From Rhodospirillales bacterium (GTDB lineage: Bacteria > Pseudomonadota > Alphaproteobacteria > MPNO01 > UBA2964), in contig JAYOEY010000002.1 in NCBI GenBank assembly GCA_038116945.1, positions 20,958 through 84,957 of the forward strand: 64,000 bases of DNA, in the 5' to 3' direction. Under the pieces are notes generated by a model that worked only from the letters and a program-made list of their open reading frames with translations, was not told the origin of the DNA and ran no database searches. The translations under genes were made by a program, and so were the position numbers. This document shows, piece after piece, positions 48,482-58,706 of the stretch (position 1 is the first letter of the stretch; each line of letters opens with the position of its first letter).

Positions 48482-49033
48482 TCAGGTCCGGTCGTTGGAA
48501 TACAGGGCGGCATGGATCATGTCGACCGGCTGGCCGTCGACCAGATAATGCCCCTTGCGACAGCCGTCGGGCTGCATGCCCGCCTTTTCCATGATCGCGA
48601 CCATCGCCTTGTTTGCGGCCAGCGCCCCCGCCGTGACTTTTCTGGTTCCCGCCGATCGCAACAGCCAGTCGCACACGGCGATCCATGCTTCGCCCCCGAG
48701 TCCCGAGCCCCAGGCCTTTCGCTCGCCGATCAGAATCGCCACGTCGGCAAGGCCGTTCGGCGAATCCAGTGTCGCGGTAATGTTGCCGATATGCCCGAGA
48801 GACGCATCGCGCGCCGCAATGGCCCAGATATGATGACCGGCGGCGGTGAAAGTCCGGACGTATTCGCGACAGGAACCCGCATCATGACGCCGGTGGCGCT
48901 GTTCGCTGAACCGGACGACCTCCGGATCGTTCAGCCAGGAAACATAACGCGCCGTCAAATGAAGTTTCTCGCTGAACGGCAGCAGCAAAAGGCGCCCGGT
49001 CTCGAGTACCGGCGTGGCCATGCTCCGGTCCAT
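48482..49033 (-). CDS. GNAT family N-acetyltransferase (start at Met60 or Met64)
   Basis: RimL-like (LETGRLLLLPFSE...NKAMVAIMEKAGMQPDG). The track N-extension to 49210 would run through the operator boxes. Confidence 0.65.
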   Translation of the reverse strand: MDRSMATPVLETGRLLLLPFSEKLHLTARYVSWLNDPEVVRFSEQRHRRHDAGSCREYVRTFTAAGHHIWAIAARDASLGHIGNITATLDSPNGLADVAILIGERKAWGSGLGGEAWIAVCDWLLRSAGTRKVTAGALAANKAMVAIMEKAGMQPDGCRKGHYLVDGQPVDMIHAALYSNDRT

Positions 49034-49120
49034 CAGTCGCCGCCCGGCCGAAACGCCGGTTTCAGCCTCCCGCCCGAACGGGTCGAAAATACCGTTGCCA
49101 CCTGCTATCCCCCGCACAGC

Positions 49121-49164
49121 TTGACGTTCACCGTTTGAACGATATATTGTTCGTGCCGTGAACA
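49121..49164. promoter_or_regulatory. operator cluster 3 with sigma70-like promoter: TTGACG-16-TATATT, CGTTCACCGTTTGAACG + TGTTCGTGCCGTGAACA
   Basis: The second box (49148-49164) is identical over 17/17 nt to box 12795-12811 and overlaps the -10-like TATATT (49143-49148). TTGACG at 49121-49126 overlaps the first box. The site lies between the divergent GNAT (minus) and radical SAM number 3 (plus) genes. Confidence 0.55.
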
Positions 49165-49529
49165 TGTCAATTCTGGCGATGATCGGCGGTTGCGACAAGA
49201 CCTGTAACACAGCGGGTCCGGATCGACCGCGACAGTCGGCGGGAGTGGCATTAACAGCGGATTTCCGCGGGTGCGGGAACGCGTGGCCGTCTCCGGCGGG
49301 CGGCGAATTTCTCCCGCCCCCCGAATCGGCTAAACGGGCAATATAGGCAAGCGGCGGTTTCTGCTTACCTTGCCGTCGGCACCGGAGCGCTTGTGCGCCG
49401 GAAATGCGATGCCAACGGGTGGACCTGTTTCACCCGAAGTACGGTAGTGTGCCTCATCGCAGGGTTGACATTCCCGACGATGCGCCGCCCGATATCTGTC
49501 AACATGTTTCAAGGTCACCAGCCGACGAC

Positions 49530-51578
49530 ATGAAAATATTCCTCGCCGATCTGGTTCATACCTGGGAAAAGGTCAGTCTGTGGACCTTTCCGCTTAATGT
49601 CGGCTACATCGCATCCTACGCGCAGGCCCGTATCGAGGAAAATCTCGAGATCCGTCTGTTCAAGCGTCCGGAAGTCATGATCGACGCCATCAAGGCCGAG
49701 AAACCCGATATCGTGGCGCTGGCGCATTACGTCTGGAATACGAATCTCAACAAACTCGTCTTCGGGATCGCCAAGGAGCATGTTCCCGGGGTCCTTACGG
49801 TCGGCGGCGGCCCGATCTTCACCGGCGCCAACGCCGACGCGGCCCATGCCGGCCGGTTCTTCGACGCGACGCCCGATTGCGACGCCTTTGTCGTCAACCA
49901 GGGCGAACGCGGGTTTCTGGAGCTTCTCCGGCGCTATCTCGAACTCGGCGGGGATGTCGCCCGGTTGCGACGGAACCCGGTGCCCGGCGTTCTGCTCAAC
50001 GACCCGGGCGCCGGCGACAGGGTTCATGTCGGCGAAACCCTCGACGTTATCCGCGATCTCGACGAAATTCCTTCGCCCTATCTCAACCACATGCTGGACG
50101 AATTTTTCGAAGAGCCGTTCGTCCCGATACTCGAGACCAACCGATCCTGTCCCTATCGCTGCACCTTCTGCGCCTGGGGGATCGGCACGGGCAAGCTGGC
50201 CAGGTTCAGCGATGAACGCGTCTTTGCCGAGATCGATTACCTGGGACGCAACTGCAGAAAGACGGGAAACCTGTTCGTCGCCGACGCCAATTTTTCCATT
50301 CTCGACCGGGACCGGCTGATCGCGGGCCGTCTCCGGGACAGCCACGAATCCACCGGCTATCCCGGTCATGTCAGTTGCCAGTGGAACAAGACGCGCCCCG
50401 ACAGGGTGCTCGAGGTTGCCCGCGCTCTGGGCGATCTCGGCGAGGTCGGCGCGTCGATGCAGACGCTCGACGACGACGTACTGGCCGCGATCAAGCGCCG
50501 TAACCTGCCGCTCGATTCGGTTGCCGAAATGATTGGCACGCTGCGCGCCGAAGGACACGAGACGTCGCTGTTTTCGGAACTCATATTGGGGCTGCCCAAC
50601 GAAACGCGGCAGGGCCACATCGACGCGAACAAACGGCTGATCGACCTGGGCGCCGAAGTCTTCAACTACAATCTCCACCTGCTGCCCGGCACGGAAATGG
50701 ACACGCCGGAATCCAGGTCGGCCTATTTCAAGCGGACTGGATGGCGGCTCCACGACAATGCTTTCGGCGTCTATGACGGCGAAACGGTGTTCGAAGGCCA
50801 GGAAGTCGTGCTGGCGACCAACGCGATGTCGATGGACGATCTCAGGGGCTTCCGGTTCATCCATTTCCTGCTTCAGTTCATGTGGGGCCGGAAATGGTAC
50901 TACGACTATCTCCAGCTCATGAACGAAGCCGGTTTTCACCCGGTCGACATGGTCGTCTATATCGCGGAGCGCTTTCCCGAGGACAGGGACGAGATGGGCG
51001 CCCTGTACGAACGGTTCCGGGCCGATCACGAGCTCGAAAATTTCGAAACCTTCGAGGCGCTGGCGGAATACTGGGCAAAACCCGAAAATCTCGACCGGCT
51101 CCGGCGCGGCGATTACGGCAAGCTGAACTACGTCTACACGTACGAAATTCTTCTGTCGTGCTATGAGGCGTTCAACGCCTTTCTCCTTCGAATCGCGGCG
51201 GAAAAGGCCGAGGGGCTTCCTGCCGGGGAACGCGAAGGGTTTATGGACCGCTGCACGGAAATCCTGGCATTCAGTCAGGAGCTTCGCATTACGCTCACGC
51301 AGTCGATGGACGAAGTCGTGGCCCGGAAGCGCCGCCAGTTTCGCTACGACGTGCTTGCGTGGCGCGAAAGCGGCTATCAGGGCGTGCCGGCGCCGATCAG
51401 CACCAGCGACAGGTTCGAATTCGAATTCTTTCTGCCCGAACGGCAACTTCGTATGCTGCAGACGCAGCTTGAGCAGTTCCGGTCGCATAACCAGAGCCTG
51501 ACCCTGCGCAAGATGTCCGAAGAAATGAGTGCCGACGATTTCTTCTACCGGGTTCGCGCGATAGAGGCGGCCGCCTAG
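49530..51578 (+). CDS. cobalamin-dependent radical SAM enzyme number 3
   Basis: MKIFLADLVHTWEKV...DIVALAHYVWN (B12-domain-like) and NRSCPYRCTFCAWG (C-x3-C-x2-C). The ATG at 49530 is preferred over the upstream track start. Confidence 0.8.
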   Translation: MKIFLADLVHTWEKVSLWTFPLNVGYIASYAQARIEENLEIRLFKRPEVMIDAIKAEKPDIVALAHYVWNTNLNKLVFGIAKEHVPGVLTVGGGPIFTGANADAAHAGRFFDATPDCDAFVVNQGERGFLELLRRYLELGGDVARLRRNPVPGVLLNDPGAGDRVHVGETLDVIRDLDEIPSPYLNHMLDEFFEEPFVPILETNRSCPYRCTFCAWGIGTGKLARFSDERVFAEIDYLGRNCRKTGNLFVADANFSILDRDRLIAGRLRDSHESTGYPGHVSCQWNKTRPDRVLEVARALGDLGEVGASMQTLDDDVLAAIKRRNLPLDSVAEMIGTLRAEGHETSLFSELILGLPNETRQGHIDANKRLIDLGAEVFNYNLHLLPGTEMDTPESRSAYFKRTGWRLHDNAFGVYDGETVFEGQEVVLATNAMSMDDLRGFRFIHFLLQFMWGRKWYYDYLQLMNEAGFHPVDMVVYIAERFPEDRDEMGALYERFRADHELENFETFEALAEYWAKPENLDRLRRGDYGKLNYVYTYEILLSCYEAFNAFLLRIAAEKAEGLPAGEREGFMDRCTEILAFSQELRITLTQSMDEVVARKRRQFRYDVLAWRESGYQGVPAPISTSDRFEFEFFLPERQLRMLQTQLEQFRSHNQSLTLRKMSEEMSADDFFYRVRAIEAAA

Positions 51579-51626
51579 CGGGTCTTCGGCCGCGAACGCC
51601 TTTCTCCACACAGTTTTTCAGGAACC

Positions 51627-52628
51627 ATGTCCCAGAAACACGTTCTGATTCCCGGCGGCGCCGGTTATGTCGGCACCGCGCTTGCGCGCGAACTGCTCGA
51701 CGCGAACTACCGCGTCACCGTTCTTGATTCGCTGCTTTACGGGCACGGGTTTGCGGTGCAGCAGTTTCTCAATCATCCCGCTTTCCGCTTCGTCCGGGGC
51801 GACATCAGAAACGCCGACCAGGTGGCGCAAGCGCTCGACGGCGTCGACCATGTGGTCCTCCTGGCCGCGCTCGTCGGCGATCCCGTCTGCAAGAAATATC
51901 CGGACCTCGCGCGGGCGACGAATCTCGACGCCAGCACGAGGCTGTTCGACATGGCGATGGGGCGCGGCATCGACCGTTTCGTCTTCGCGTCGACCTGCAG
52001 CAATTACGGGCTGCGCGAAACCGACGATCTGGCGACCGAGGAGGCGGAGCTCAACCCCGTATCGCTCTACGCGGAGACCAAGGTCGCGATGGAGCGGCAT
52101 ATCCTCAACAATGCCAACCGTGCGGATTTCTCCGCGACTGTGCTGCGCTTCGCAACCGCCTACGGGTTCTCCCAGCGCATGCGGTTCGACCTGACCGTTT
52201 CGGAATTCATCCGCGAACTCGCCATGGGTAAGGATCTGCTGGTGTACGACGAGAATACCTGGCGCCCATACTGCCATGTCGTCGATATTTCGCGAGCCAT
52301 CCGAACGGTGCTGGAGGCGGACGATTCCGACGTGCGGGCCGAAGTCTTCAACGTCGGAAGCCCCGACGAGAACTACACGAAAAAAATGATCGTCGAGATC
52401 GCGCTCGAATGCGGCGTGCCCGGTACGGTGCGCTACAACGAAGGCGGGGTCGATCCTCGCAATTACAGGGTTTCCGTCGATAAGTTCCGCGACCGTTTCG
52501 GCTTTGCCAACGCCCGCAACGTGCACGAAGAGGCGCCCCGGCTTATCGCTGCGGTGCAGGCGGGGCTATTCGACGACGTCGACCAGCGGCGCAACCATTA
52601 CGGCAACTATTCGATTGACGCGGAATAG
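51627..52628 (+). CDS. NAD-dependent epimerase/dehydratase (LegB/PseB-paralog-like SDR)
   Basis: VLIPGGAGYVGTALA and YAETK (YxxxK). Confidence 0.7.
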   Translation: MSQKHVLIPGGAGYVGTALARELLDANYRVTVLDSLLYGHGFAVQQFLNHPAFRFVRGDIRNADQVAQALDGVDHVVLLAALVGDPVCKKYPDLARATNLDASTRLFDMAMGRGIDRFVFASTCSNYGLRETDDLATEEAELNPVSLYAETKVAMERHILNNANRADFSATVLRFATAYGFSQRMRFDLTVSEFIRELAMGKDLLVYDENTWRPYCHVVDISRAIRTVLEADDSDVRAEVFNVGSPDENYTKKMIVEIALECGVPGTVRYNEGGVDPRNYRVSVDKFRDRFGFANARNVHEEAPRLIAAVQAGLFDDVDQRRNHYGNYSIDAE

Positions 52629-52657
52629 GTTCCGCCGGCAACACGCAGAGTTACAGG

Positions 52658-53710
52658 ATGGCATCGGCCCTTGAAGACAGCCTGCTCTCGTCGGGTGCGA
52701 CGATTCGCGACGCGATCGAAACCATAGACAGAAGCCTTCACAAGATCGCCCTGGTGATCGACGGAGACGGGCGTTTGACGGGGACGATCACCGACGGCGA
52801 TATCCGTCGCGCCCTGCTTGCGGGCAGGACGACGGAACATCCTGCGGAATCCATCATGTTCCGATCGCCGCTCTCTGCATCCGTCGATGGCGCCCTGGAT
52901 GAGGTGGAACGGATCGCGCAAAGGCGTCAGATACGCAAGGTGCCGGTTCTCGACGCCGACGGCCGGGTTGTCGCGGTGCATACAATCGACGGAGTCGGTA
53001 CGGGGCCCTTCGCCGAAAACGAAGTCGTGCTGATGGCGGGCGGGCTCGGCACCCGGCTGCAGCCGCTGACCAAGGACTCCCCCAAGCCGCTTCTCAATGT
53101 CGGCGAAAAGCCGATGCTGGAAACGATCGTCGACCAGCTCGTCAGCCAGGGTTTCCGGACGTTCCATTTTTCCGTCCGGTACAAGGCCGAGATGGTCGAA
53201 GCGCATTTCGGAAACGGAGACAGGTGGGACGCCGAGTTTCATTATCTTCACGAGGACGCGCCGCTGGGCACGGCGGGCGCCCTGTCCCTGCTGCCGAAAC
53301 GGCCGACGCTTCCATTCATCGTCATGAATGCAGACGTCCTGACCAAGGTCGATCTGATGCATCTGCTCGATTTCCACGCGGAGACCCGGGCGGTAGCAAC
53401 CATGTGCGTTCGCGCCCACGACGTTCAGATTCCCTTCGGCGTCGTTGCGACGGACGGGTCCCGGATCCTGTCCGTCGAGGAAAAGCCGGTTAAAAAATAC
53501 TTCGTGAATGCCGGTATCTACGCGCTCGCCCCGGAAGTCCTCGATCGCGTTCCCGCCGACGAGGCGCTGGACATGCCCGACCTGTTCAACGGCCTTGTCG
53601 CGGAGAACTGCAGGGTCGCGGCGTTTCCGGTTCGCGAATACTGGATCGATGTCGGACGGCACGAGGATTTTCGGCGCGCCAACGACGATTACGCGGGCCA
53701 GTTCTCGTGA
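52658..53710 (+). CDS. tandem CBS domain + sugar-1-phosphate nucleotidyltransferase (PtmE-like)
   Basis: N-terminal CBS pair, then VVLMAGGLGTRLQPLTKDSPKPLL. Confidence 0.75.
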   Translation: MASALEDSLLSSGATIRDAIETIDRSLHKIALVIDGDGRLTGTITDGDIRRALLAGRTTEHPAESIMFRSPLSASVDGALDEVERIAQRRQIRKVPVLDADGRVVAVHTIDGVGTGPFAENEVVLMAGGLGTRLQPLTKDSPKPLLNVGEKPMLETIVDQLVSQGFRTFHFSVRYKAEMVEAHFGNGDRWDAEFHYLHEDAPLGTAGALSLLPKRPTLPFIVMNADVLTKVDLMHLLDFHAETRAVATMCVRAHDVQIPFGVVATDGSRILSVEEKPVKKYFVNAGIYALAPEVLDRVPADEALDMPDLFNGLVAENCRVAAFPVREYWIDVGRHEDFRRANDDYAGQFS

Positions 53711-54396
53711 TAGACGGCCGGACCGTACTGGGGCTTGTCATCGCGCGCGGCGGGTCCAAGGGCGTGCCGCGTAAGAACGTCCTCGATGTCTGCGGCAAAC
53801 CGCTGATCGCCTGGACGATCGAAGCGGCGGCGGGTTCCCGCTATGTCGACCGGATCGTTCTCTCGTCCGAGGATGAGGAAATCATCGAGGTCGCCCGCGC
53901 CAATGGCTGCGAAGCGCCCTTTGTACGGGATGCCGCACTGGCCACCGATGAAGCGACCGGGACCGCTGTCGTTCTCGACGCCATCGAACGGGTTTCCGGT
54001 TACGATCTTGTCGTGCTGCTTCAGGCTACCTCTCCGCTTCGTCTCGCCGAGGACATCGATGGCGCGATCGAACGGTGCGTTTCGTCGGGCCGACCGGCAT
54101 GCGTTTCGGTCGCCCCGCTCGGCAAGCCGCTGGAATGGCTGCTGGATGTGGATGCTGACGGCATGCTGACGCCGGTTGCCGGGCGCGACCTGCCGGAGCG
54201 CCGGCAGGAAGCGACCGCCGTCTATGCGCCGAACGGCGCCGTTTTCGTGGCCGACTGCGCCTGGCTGAGGAAGTCGGGGTCGCTCTACGGGGATGAAACG
54301 ATAGCCTATGTCATGCCCGCCGACCGTTCCGTCGATATCGATTCGCCCACCGATCTGGCGATCGCGCGGGCGCTGCTTGCCGAACGCCGGATCTGA
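53707..54396 (+). CDS. acylneuraminate cytidylyltransferase family, CMP-nonulosonic acid synthetase (PseF/LegF/NeuA-like; GTG start)
   Basis: LGLVIARGGSKGVPRKNV, LQATSPL. Confidence 0.8.
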   Translation: MIDGRTVLGLVIARGGSKGVPRKNVLDVCGKPLIAWTIEAAAGSRYVDRIVLSSEDEEIIEVARANGCEAPFVRDAALATDEATGTAVVLDAIERVSGYDLVVLLQATSPLRLAEDIDGAIERCVSSGRPACVSVAPLGKPLEWLLDVDADGMLTPVAGRDLPERRQEATAVYAPNGAVFVADCAWLRKSGSLYGDETIAYVMPADRSVDIDSPTDLAIARALLAERRI

Positions 54397-54416
54397 TACG
54401 GCCGGACCTGATCGAC

Positions 54417-55199
54417 ATGGCCAATATCCGTCTCATCCCGCGTCTGGATGTCAAGGCTCCCAACCTGATCAAGGGAGTCCATCTCGAGGGGCTGCGGGTA
54501 GTTGGCTCGCCGGGGGAATTTGCGCGGCGATACTATGAAGAGGGCGCGGACGAACTGCTCTACATGGATATCGTGGCGAGCCTGTACGGGCGCAACAATC
54601 TGGAGCAGATCGTGTCGGATACCGCGCGCGACGTGTTCATCCCGATGTGCGTCGGCGGCGGCATCCGGTCGGTCGACGACGCCACCCGCCTGCTGCGCGC
54701 CGGCGCCGACAAGGTGGCGATCAATACCGCCGCAATCGCCAACCCTGGTTTAATAGAAACGCTGTCCCGGCGCTTCGGGTCGCAGTGCATCGTTCTGTCC
54801 ATCGAAGCCAAACAAACGCGGGCGGGCGGCTGGGAGGCCTTTACGGACAACGGGCGCGAAAAGACCGGTCGCGACGCCATCGCCTGGGCGATCGAAGCCG
54901 CCGAACGAGGCGTCGGCGAAATACTCGTCACCTCGGTCGACCGGGAAGGGACGCGAAAGGGCTTCGATATCGCGCTTGCCGACGCCATCGCCGGCGCGGT
55001 GCCGGTGCCGGTAATCGCAAGCGGCGGCATGGGTTCGGTCGAACATCTTGTCGAAGTCGTCCGCAACGGTCATGTCGACGCCGTCGCGATGGCGGATGTC
55101 CTTCACTACGAGCGGCTGAGCCTGAAGGAAATCAGACGCGCGGCGCTGGATGCAGGGCTGGCCGTCAGGCCGGAAGCGCCCGCCGCGCTGGCCTCATGA
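54417..55199 (+). CDS. HisF-like cyclase subunit, copy 2
   Basis: IRLIPRLDVKAPNLIKGVHLEG and CVGGGIRSVDD. Confidence 0.8.
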   Translation: MANIRLIPRLDVKAPNLIKGVHLEGLRVVGSPGEFARRYYEEGADELLYMDIVASLYGRNNLEQIVSDTARDVFIPMCVGGGIRSVDDATRLLRAGADKVAINTAAIANPGLIETLSRRFGSQCIVLSIEAKQTRAGGWEAFTDNGREKTGRDAIAWAIEAAERGVGEILVTSVDREGTRKGFDIALADAIAGAVPVPVIASGGMGSVEHLVEVVRNGHVDAVAMADVLHYERLSLKEIRRAALDAGLAVRPEAPAALAS

Positions 55200-55831
55200 C
55201 GAAAATTGCCGTCATCGATTACGGCGCAGGGAACCTGTTCAGCATTGCGCGCGCGCTCGAACATTGCGGCGCGACGCCGGTATTTACCGCCGATCCCGAT
55301 TCCCTTCGAAAGGCCGACAGGGCCATCCTTCCCGGCGTCGGCGCGTTCGGCGACGGCATGGCGGCCCTGCGACAGGCAAGCCTGTCAGCCGCGATTGCAG
55401 AGCTTGCCGCGGCGGGGAACCCGGTTCTCGGAATCTGCCTCGGCATGCAGATGCTGTTCGATGCCAGCGAGGAGTTCGGCGACCATACCGGTCTGGCGCT
55501 GATCCCGGGCCGGGTATTGCCGCTGCCGCGGACCCGGGCCGACGGCGCGCCGCAGAAGGTGCCGCATATCGGCTGGAACGATCTGTGCGAACCGGCTCCC
55601 GGTCGTTGGGCGGGCACTCCGCTGGCAGCCATCGCGCCGGGAACATCGGCCTATTTCGTTCACTCCTTCGCCGCCGTGCCAGCAGACGGCCGCGACGCGA
55701 TCGCGACATGCGTCTATGGCGGCCACGCGATTACCGCCGCCGTGCAAAGGGACAATGTCTGCGGCTGCCAGTTCCATCCGGAGCGCAGCGGTCCGGCGGG
55801 CCTGTCGATCATCCGGCAGTTTCTGGCCTGA
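55196..55831 (+). CDS. HisH-like glutamine amidotransferase, copy 2
   Basis: IAVIDYGAGNLFSI, VLGICLGMQML, CQFHPERS. The ATG at 55196 overlaps the upstream TGA. The track's 54647 start is a spurious extension. Confidence 0.8.
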   Translation: MTKIAVIDYGAGNLFSIARALEHCGATPVFTADPDSLRKADRAILPGVGAFGDGMAALRQASLSAAIAELAAAGNPVLGICLGMQMLFDASEEFGDHTGLALIPGRVLPLPRTRADGAPQKVPHIGWNDLCEPAPGRWAGTPLAAIAPGTSAYFVHSFAAVPADGRDAIATCVYGGHAITAAVQRDNVCGCQFHPERSGPAGLSIIRQFLA

Positions 55832-55850
55832 CAGCGAATTGCGCCGAATT

Positions 55851-55865
55851 CCCGCCGCAGGCGGG
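55851..55865 (+). other. hairpin CCCGCC-GCA-GGCGGG after the HisH-like copy 2 stop (possible factor-independent terminator lacking a U-run)
   Basis: Perfect 6-bp stem and 3-nt loop, 20 nt after the stop codon. The next gene starts about 60 nt further downstream. Confidence 0.2.
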
Positions 55866-55927
55866 AGGACGGATCCCTGAAACCCTTACCCGATGCCAGA
55901 ACGCATCAAATCTTGGAAAGTGGCTGA

Positions 55928-56638
55928 ATGACCGAAATACTGGATTACAAACATACCGAAGTTTACTACCCCGACCATCGCGACGAGCCGAAACAGCTGT
56001 TTGTCGAGATCGCCGACCGCATAGAACTGAGCGCCGGCGGCTCCCCTTTCGACCTGCTCGACGTCGGCGGCGCATCGGGCGATTTCGTATACTATATCGG
56101 GAAACGTTTTCCCGATTCCGCCTGCACCTGCATCGAGTATGACAGCGAACTGGTCGCGCTCGGCCAGGAACGCGTGCCGGCCTGCCGCTACATTCAAGGC
56201 GATGCCAACGACATGAAGGAGTTTTCCGACCGGTCGTTCGATTTCGTCACCATGACGGGCGTGCACAGCATTTTCGACGATTTTCGGCCGTCGCTGGCGG
56301 AGTCGATCCGCGTTACCCGGGATGGCGGGCGCTGCATCATTACCGGGCTTTTCAACGATTACCCCATCGATGCGCTGATCTACTGGCACTATGCCGGCGA
56401 CGAGAACGGCCTGCGGCGCGGATACAATTTCATCTCGACGCAGACCGTAAGCACGTTCCTCGAATCGCAGGATCGCGTCGCCGCGTTCCGCTTCGAGCCC
56501 TTCAGGATCCCGTTCGATCTCGAAAAACCCGACGACCCCATACGGTCCTGGACCGAACCGGGCGCCGACGGTGAGCGCGTCATCATAAACGGGATCATGC
56601 CGCTCAATATTCAGTCGCTCGTCCTCGAGATATCCTGA
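55928..56638 (+). CDS. class I SAM-dependent methyltransferase
   Basis: LLDVGGASGDF (motif I), IQGDANDM. Confidence 0.7.
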   Translation: MTEILDYKHTEVYYPDHRDEPKQLFVEIADRIELSAGGSPFDLLDVGGASGDFVYYIGKRFPDSACTCIEYDSELVALGQERVPACRYIQGDANDMKEFSDRSFDFVTMTGVHSIFDDFRPSLAESIRVTRDGGRCIITGLFNDYPIDALIYWHYAGDENGLRRGYNFISTQTVSTFLESQDRVAAFRFEPFRIPFDLEKPDDPIRSWTEPGADGERVIINGIMPLNIQSLVLEIS

Positions 56639-56672
56639 CTCCGTCCCGCAACGGACCCCGGCTCTGCCCGGC

Positions 56673-58706
56673 ATGGATCAAACAGTCATGAAATCCCCGC
56701 CGCACGCCCGCTCGCCGACGCCTGTCCGGCATTCGAGCATCGGCGTCGACCATCTGGATTTCTGGGCGGCGCTGCATCTGATCCGCAGGCCGCCCACCGG
56801 GCGAATCGTTTGCCTGACCCGGAGCACGGGGTTCTGCGCCCGGTTCGTCGTATCGCTGTTGCGCCGCAGGGGCATCCGCGTCGATACGGTCACTTCGCCG
56901 CTCGTCGAAAGACCGGCACCCGGCTATTACGCGGAGTTCATGGAGCGCAAGGTCGATTGCAGCATCAACCATGTGGAACCCGCCATCGCCCGTACGCTCG
57001 CGGACTGGCACTTTGCGAACGATCTCGAAAGGCGGCGAACGGTTCGATATCTGCTGCTTGCCCACTCGCGCGTCGTCATGCGTCAGACGGAGTTGGTCGA
57101 GGCGGCGATCCGTCTCGACAGGGCCGACGGACCCGTGGCCGTCCTGATGCAGAAAGACGGTCTGAGCGAAGGGCTGGCGGGATTTGCGCGGGCCTCCGGG
57201 CTGGAGGCCGAGTTTTACAGGGCGCCGTTCCGGCTTCGCATGACGCGACGGCCGGATCTGGGAACCCATGAGACCGATCTCTGGTCCGGCGAAGCTGCCC
57301 TGCGGCACGTACTGAGATGGTTTGCGTTGGTCGGCTTGAACGCGGGAGCCTTGCTCCGGCGTCAGACCGGCGGCGCGCCCCCCGAATTCGATATCATTGC
57401 CCTGACGGCCCGCCCGTCGCCGACCCCCGAGATCGACGACCTCTACTGGCTCGACGATTTGCGTCGGACCGGCGATGTCCGTATCGGACTGTTTTATACG
57501 ACGCCGGTATCCACCGACGCCCGGACCCGTTACGGCGGGCGTCTCGACGGGCCCTACGAAATAGCGGCGCTGACCCGCGGCCGCCAGGCCGGTTGCGATC
57601 TCGGCAGGCAGTTTCTTGCCTGCCGGCTGCGCGGGATTGTTGCGGCCGGCAAGCGCATCGTCGGCCCCGTTCTGCGCCGCCGGCTTCCCGTCGCATTCGG
57701 CGCCGCGCTGCTCACGCTCTGGGAGCGGGCGTCGCTCTATGAGGCGTTGATGCTTCGGACAGGAGCGAGAGTGGGATGGGCGATGAACGAAGGCCATGAG
57801 CTCAACACCCAGGCGATCGCGATCGCGGCGGCGCGAACCGGCGGGATCGTGGCGGGCTCGACCTGGTCGATCTGGTTCGGCCCGCAGCTCGATTCGGCGC
57901 TCAACAGGAACGATGTCATGTTCGTATGGGGCGAGCGACACGTCCGGCTGTTCGAGGCGTCCGCAGCTCTGATCGACAGCCAGGTCATCGCCGGATATCC
58001 GTCTCGGGGTTTCAGGGACGACGACAGCGCCGCGCGCGACATCGTCGCCCGCTGGCGGCATCAGGACCCCGACGCGCTTGTGTTGTGCCTCTACGACAAT
58101 GCGGCGGCGCAGGACTTTCCCGTCGTGGCGTCCGAAATCGAGGGCCTCTATCGTGCGATCGTCAACGCCATGGACCGCAGGTCCGAACTGAGGCTCATTC
58201 TCAAGACCAAGCGGCCGGACCTGGCATCGAATTCGCTGCCGTTTCGAAGCGATCTGGAACGCCTGTTCGCCGAGGACCGCATTGCCGTCGTTGACCGTTA
58301 CGGGGATCTTGCGCCGGGCCTCGCCGCCGACGTCGTGATCGGGGTTTCCGCATCGTCGCTCGGGCTCATGTGCGCCCATCGCGGCAAGCCTTTCATCGCC
58401 TTCGATCCGAGCGGCATCCTCATACGCTATCCGGCGCGCGGTCTCGCCGACCTGCGCATCGTCGAAGGACCCGAACAGCTCGAGACCGCCCTCATCGAAC
58501 TGACCGCCGACGGCGAAAAGCGGTGCCCGGCGTCGGACGATATCGACGGTTTTGCCGATACCGCCGGCGCCCGGCGCGCGGCGCAATATCTCAACGCTGT
58601 GGTTGCCGCCGCCCGCGAAGGGGCCTCCCGGGACGAAATGATTGACAGCGGCCGTCGGGAGGCAGAGTCATGGCGTTCCTGTCACACACTCGAAAAAACC
58701 GCCTGA
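56673..58706 (+). CDS. large hypothetical protein (677 aa; possible glycan transferase, unassigned)
   Basis: No diagnostic motif. It sits between the methyltransferase and amidotransferase copy 2 within a tightly packed operon. Confidence 0.35.
   Translation: MDQTVMKSPPHARSPTPVRHSSIGVDHLDFWAALHLIRRPPTGRIVCLTRSTGFCARFVVSLLRRRGIRVDTVTSPLVERPAPGYYAEFMERKVDCSINHVEPAIARTLADWHFANDLERRRTVRYLLLAHSRVVMRQTELVEAAIRLDRADGPVAVLMQKDGLSEGLAGFARASGLEAEFYRAPFRLRMTRRPDLGTHETDLWSGEAALRHVLRWFALVGLNAGALLRRQTGGAPPEFDIIALTARPSPTPEIDDLYWLDDLRRTGDVRIGLFYTTPVSTDARTRYGGRLDGPYEIAALTRGRQAGCDLGRQFLACRLRGIVAAGKRIVGPVLRRRLPVAFGAALLTLWERASLYEALMLRTGARVGWAMNEGHELNTQAIAIAAARTGGIVAGSTWSIWFGPQLDSALNRNDVMFVWGERHVRLFEASAALIDSQVIAGYPSRGFRDDDSAARDIVARWRHQDPDALVLCLYDNAAAQDFPVVASEIEGLYRAIVNAMDRRSELRLILKTKRPDLASNSLPFRSDLERLFAEDRIAVVDRYGDLAPGLAADVVIGVSASSLGLMCAHRGKPFIAFDPSGILIRYPARGLADLRIVEGPEQLETALIELTADGEKRCPASDDIDGFADTAGARRAAQYLNAVVAAAREGASRDEMIDSGRREAESWRSCHTLEKTA

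Noticed and set aside
53385-53396. Second ops-like 12-mer GGCGGTAGCAAC (9/12 match, first nine bases perfect).
   Set aside because: It lies inside the CBS-nucleotidyltransferase coding sequence and lacks the conserved 3' TG. It is most likely a chance match. A weaker GGCGGTTGCGAC at 49187-49198 in the radical SAM number 3 leader (9/12) is also not persuasive.
54647-55831. 394-aa ORF implying a long N-terminal extension on the HisH-like copy 2.
   Set aside because: The extension is an Arg-rich alternative frame across the hisF-like gene. The genuine start is ATG 55196 (MTKIAVIDYG...), overlapping the upstream TGA.
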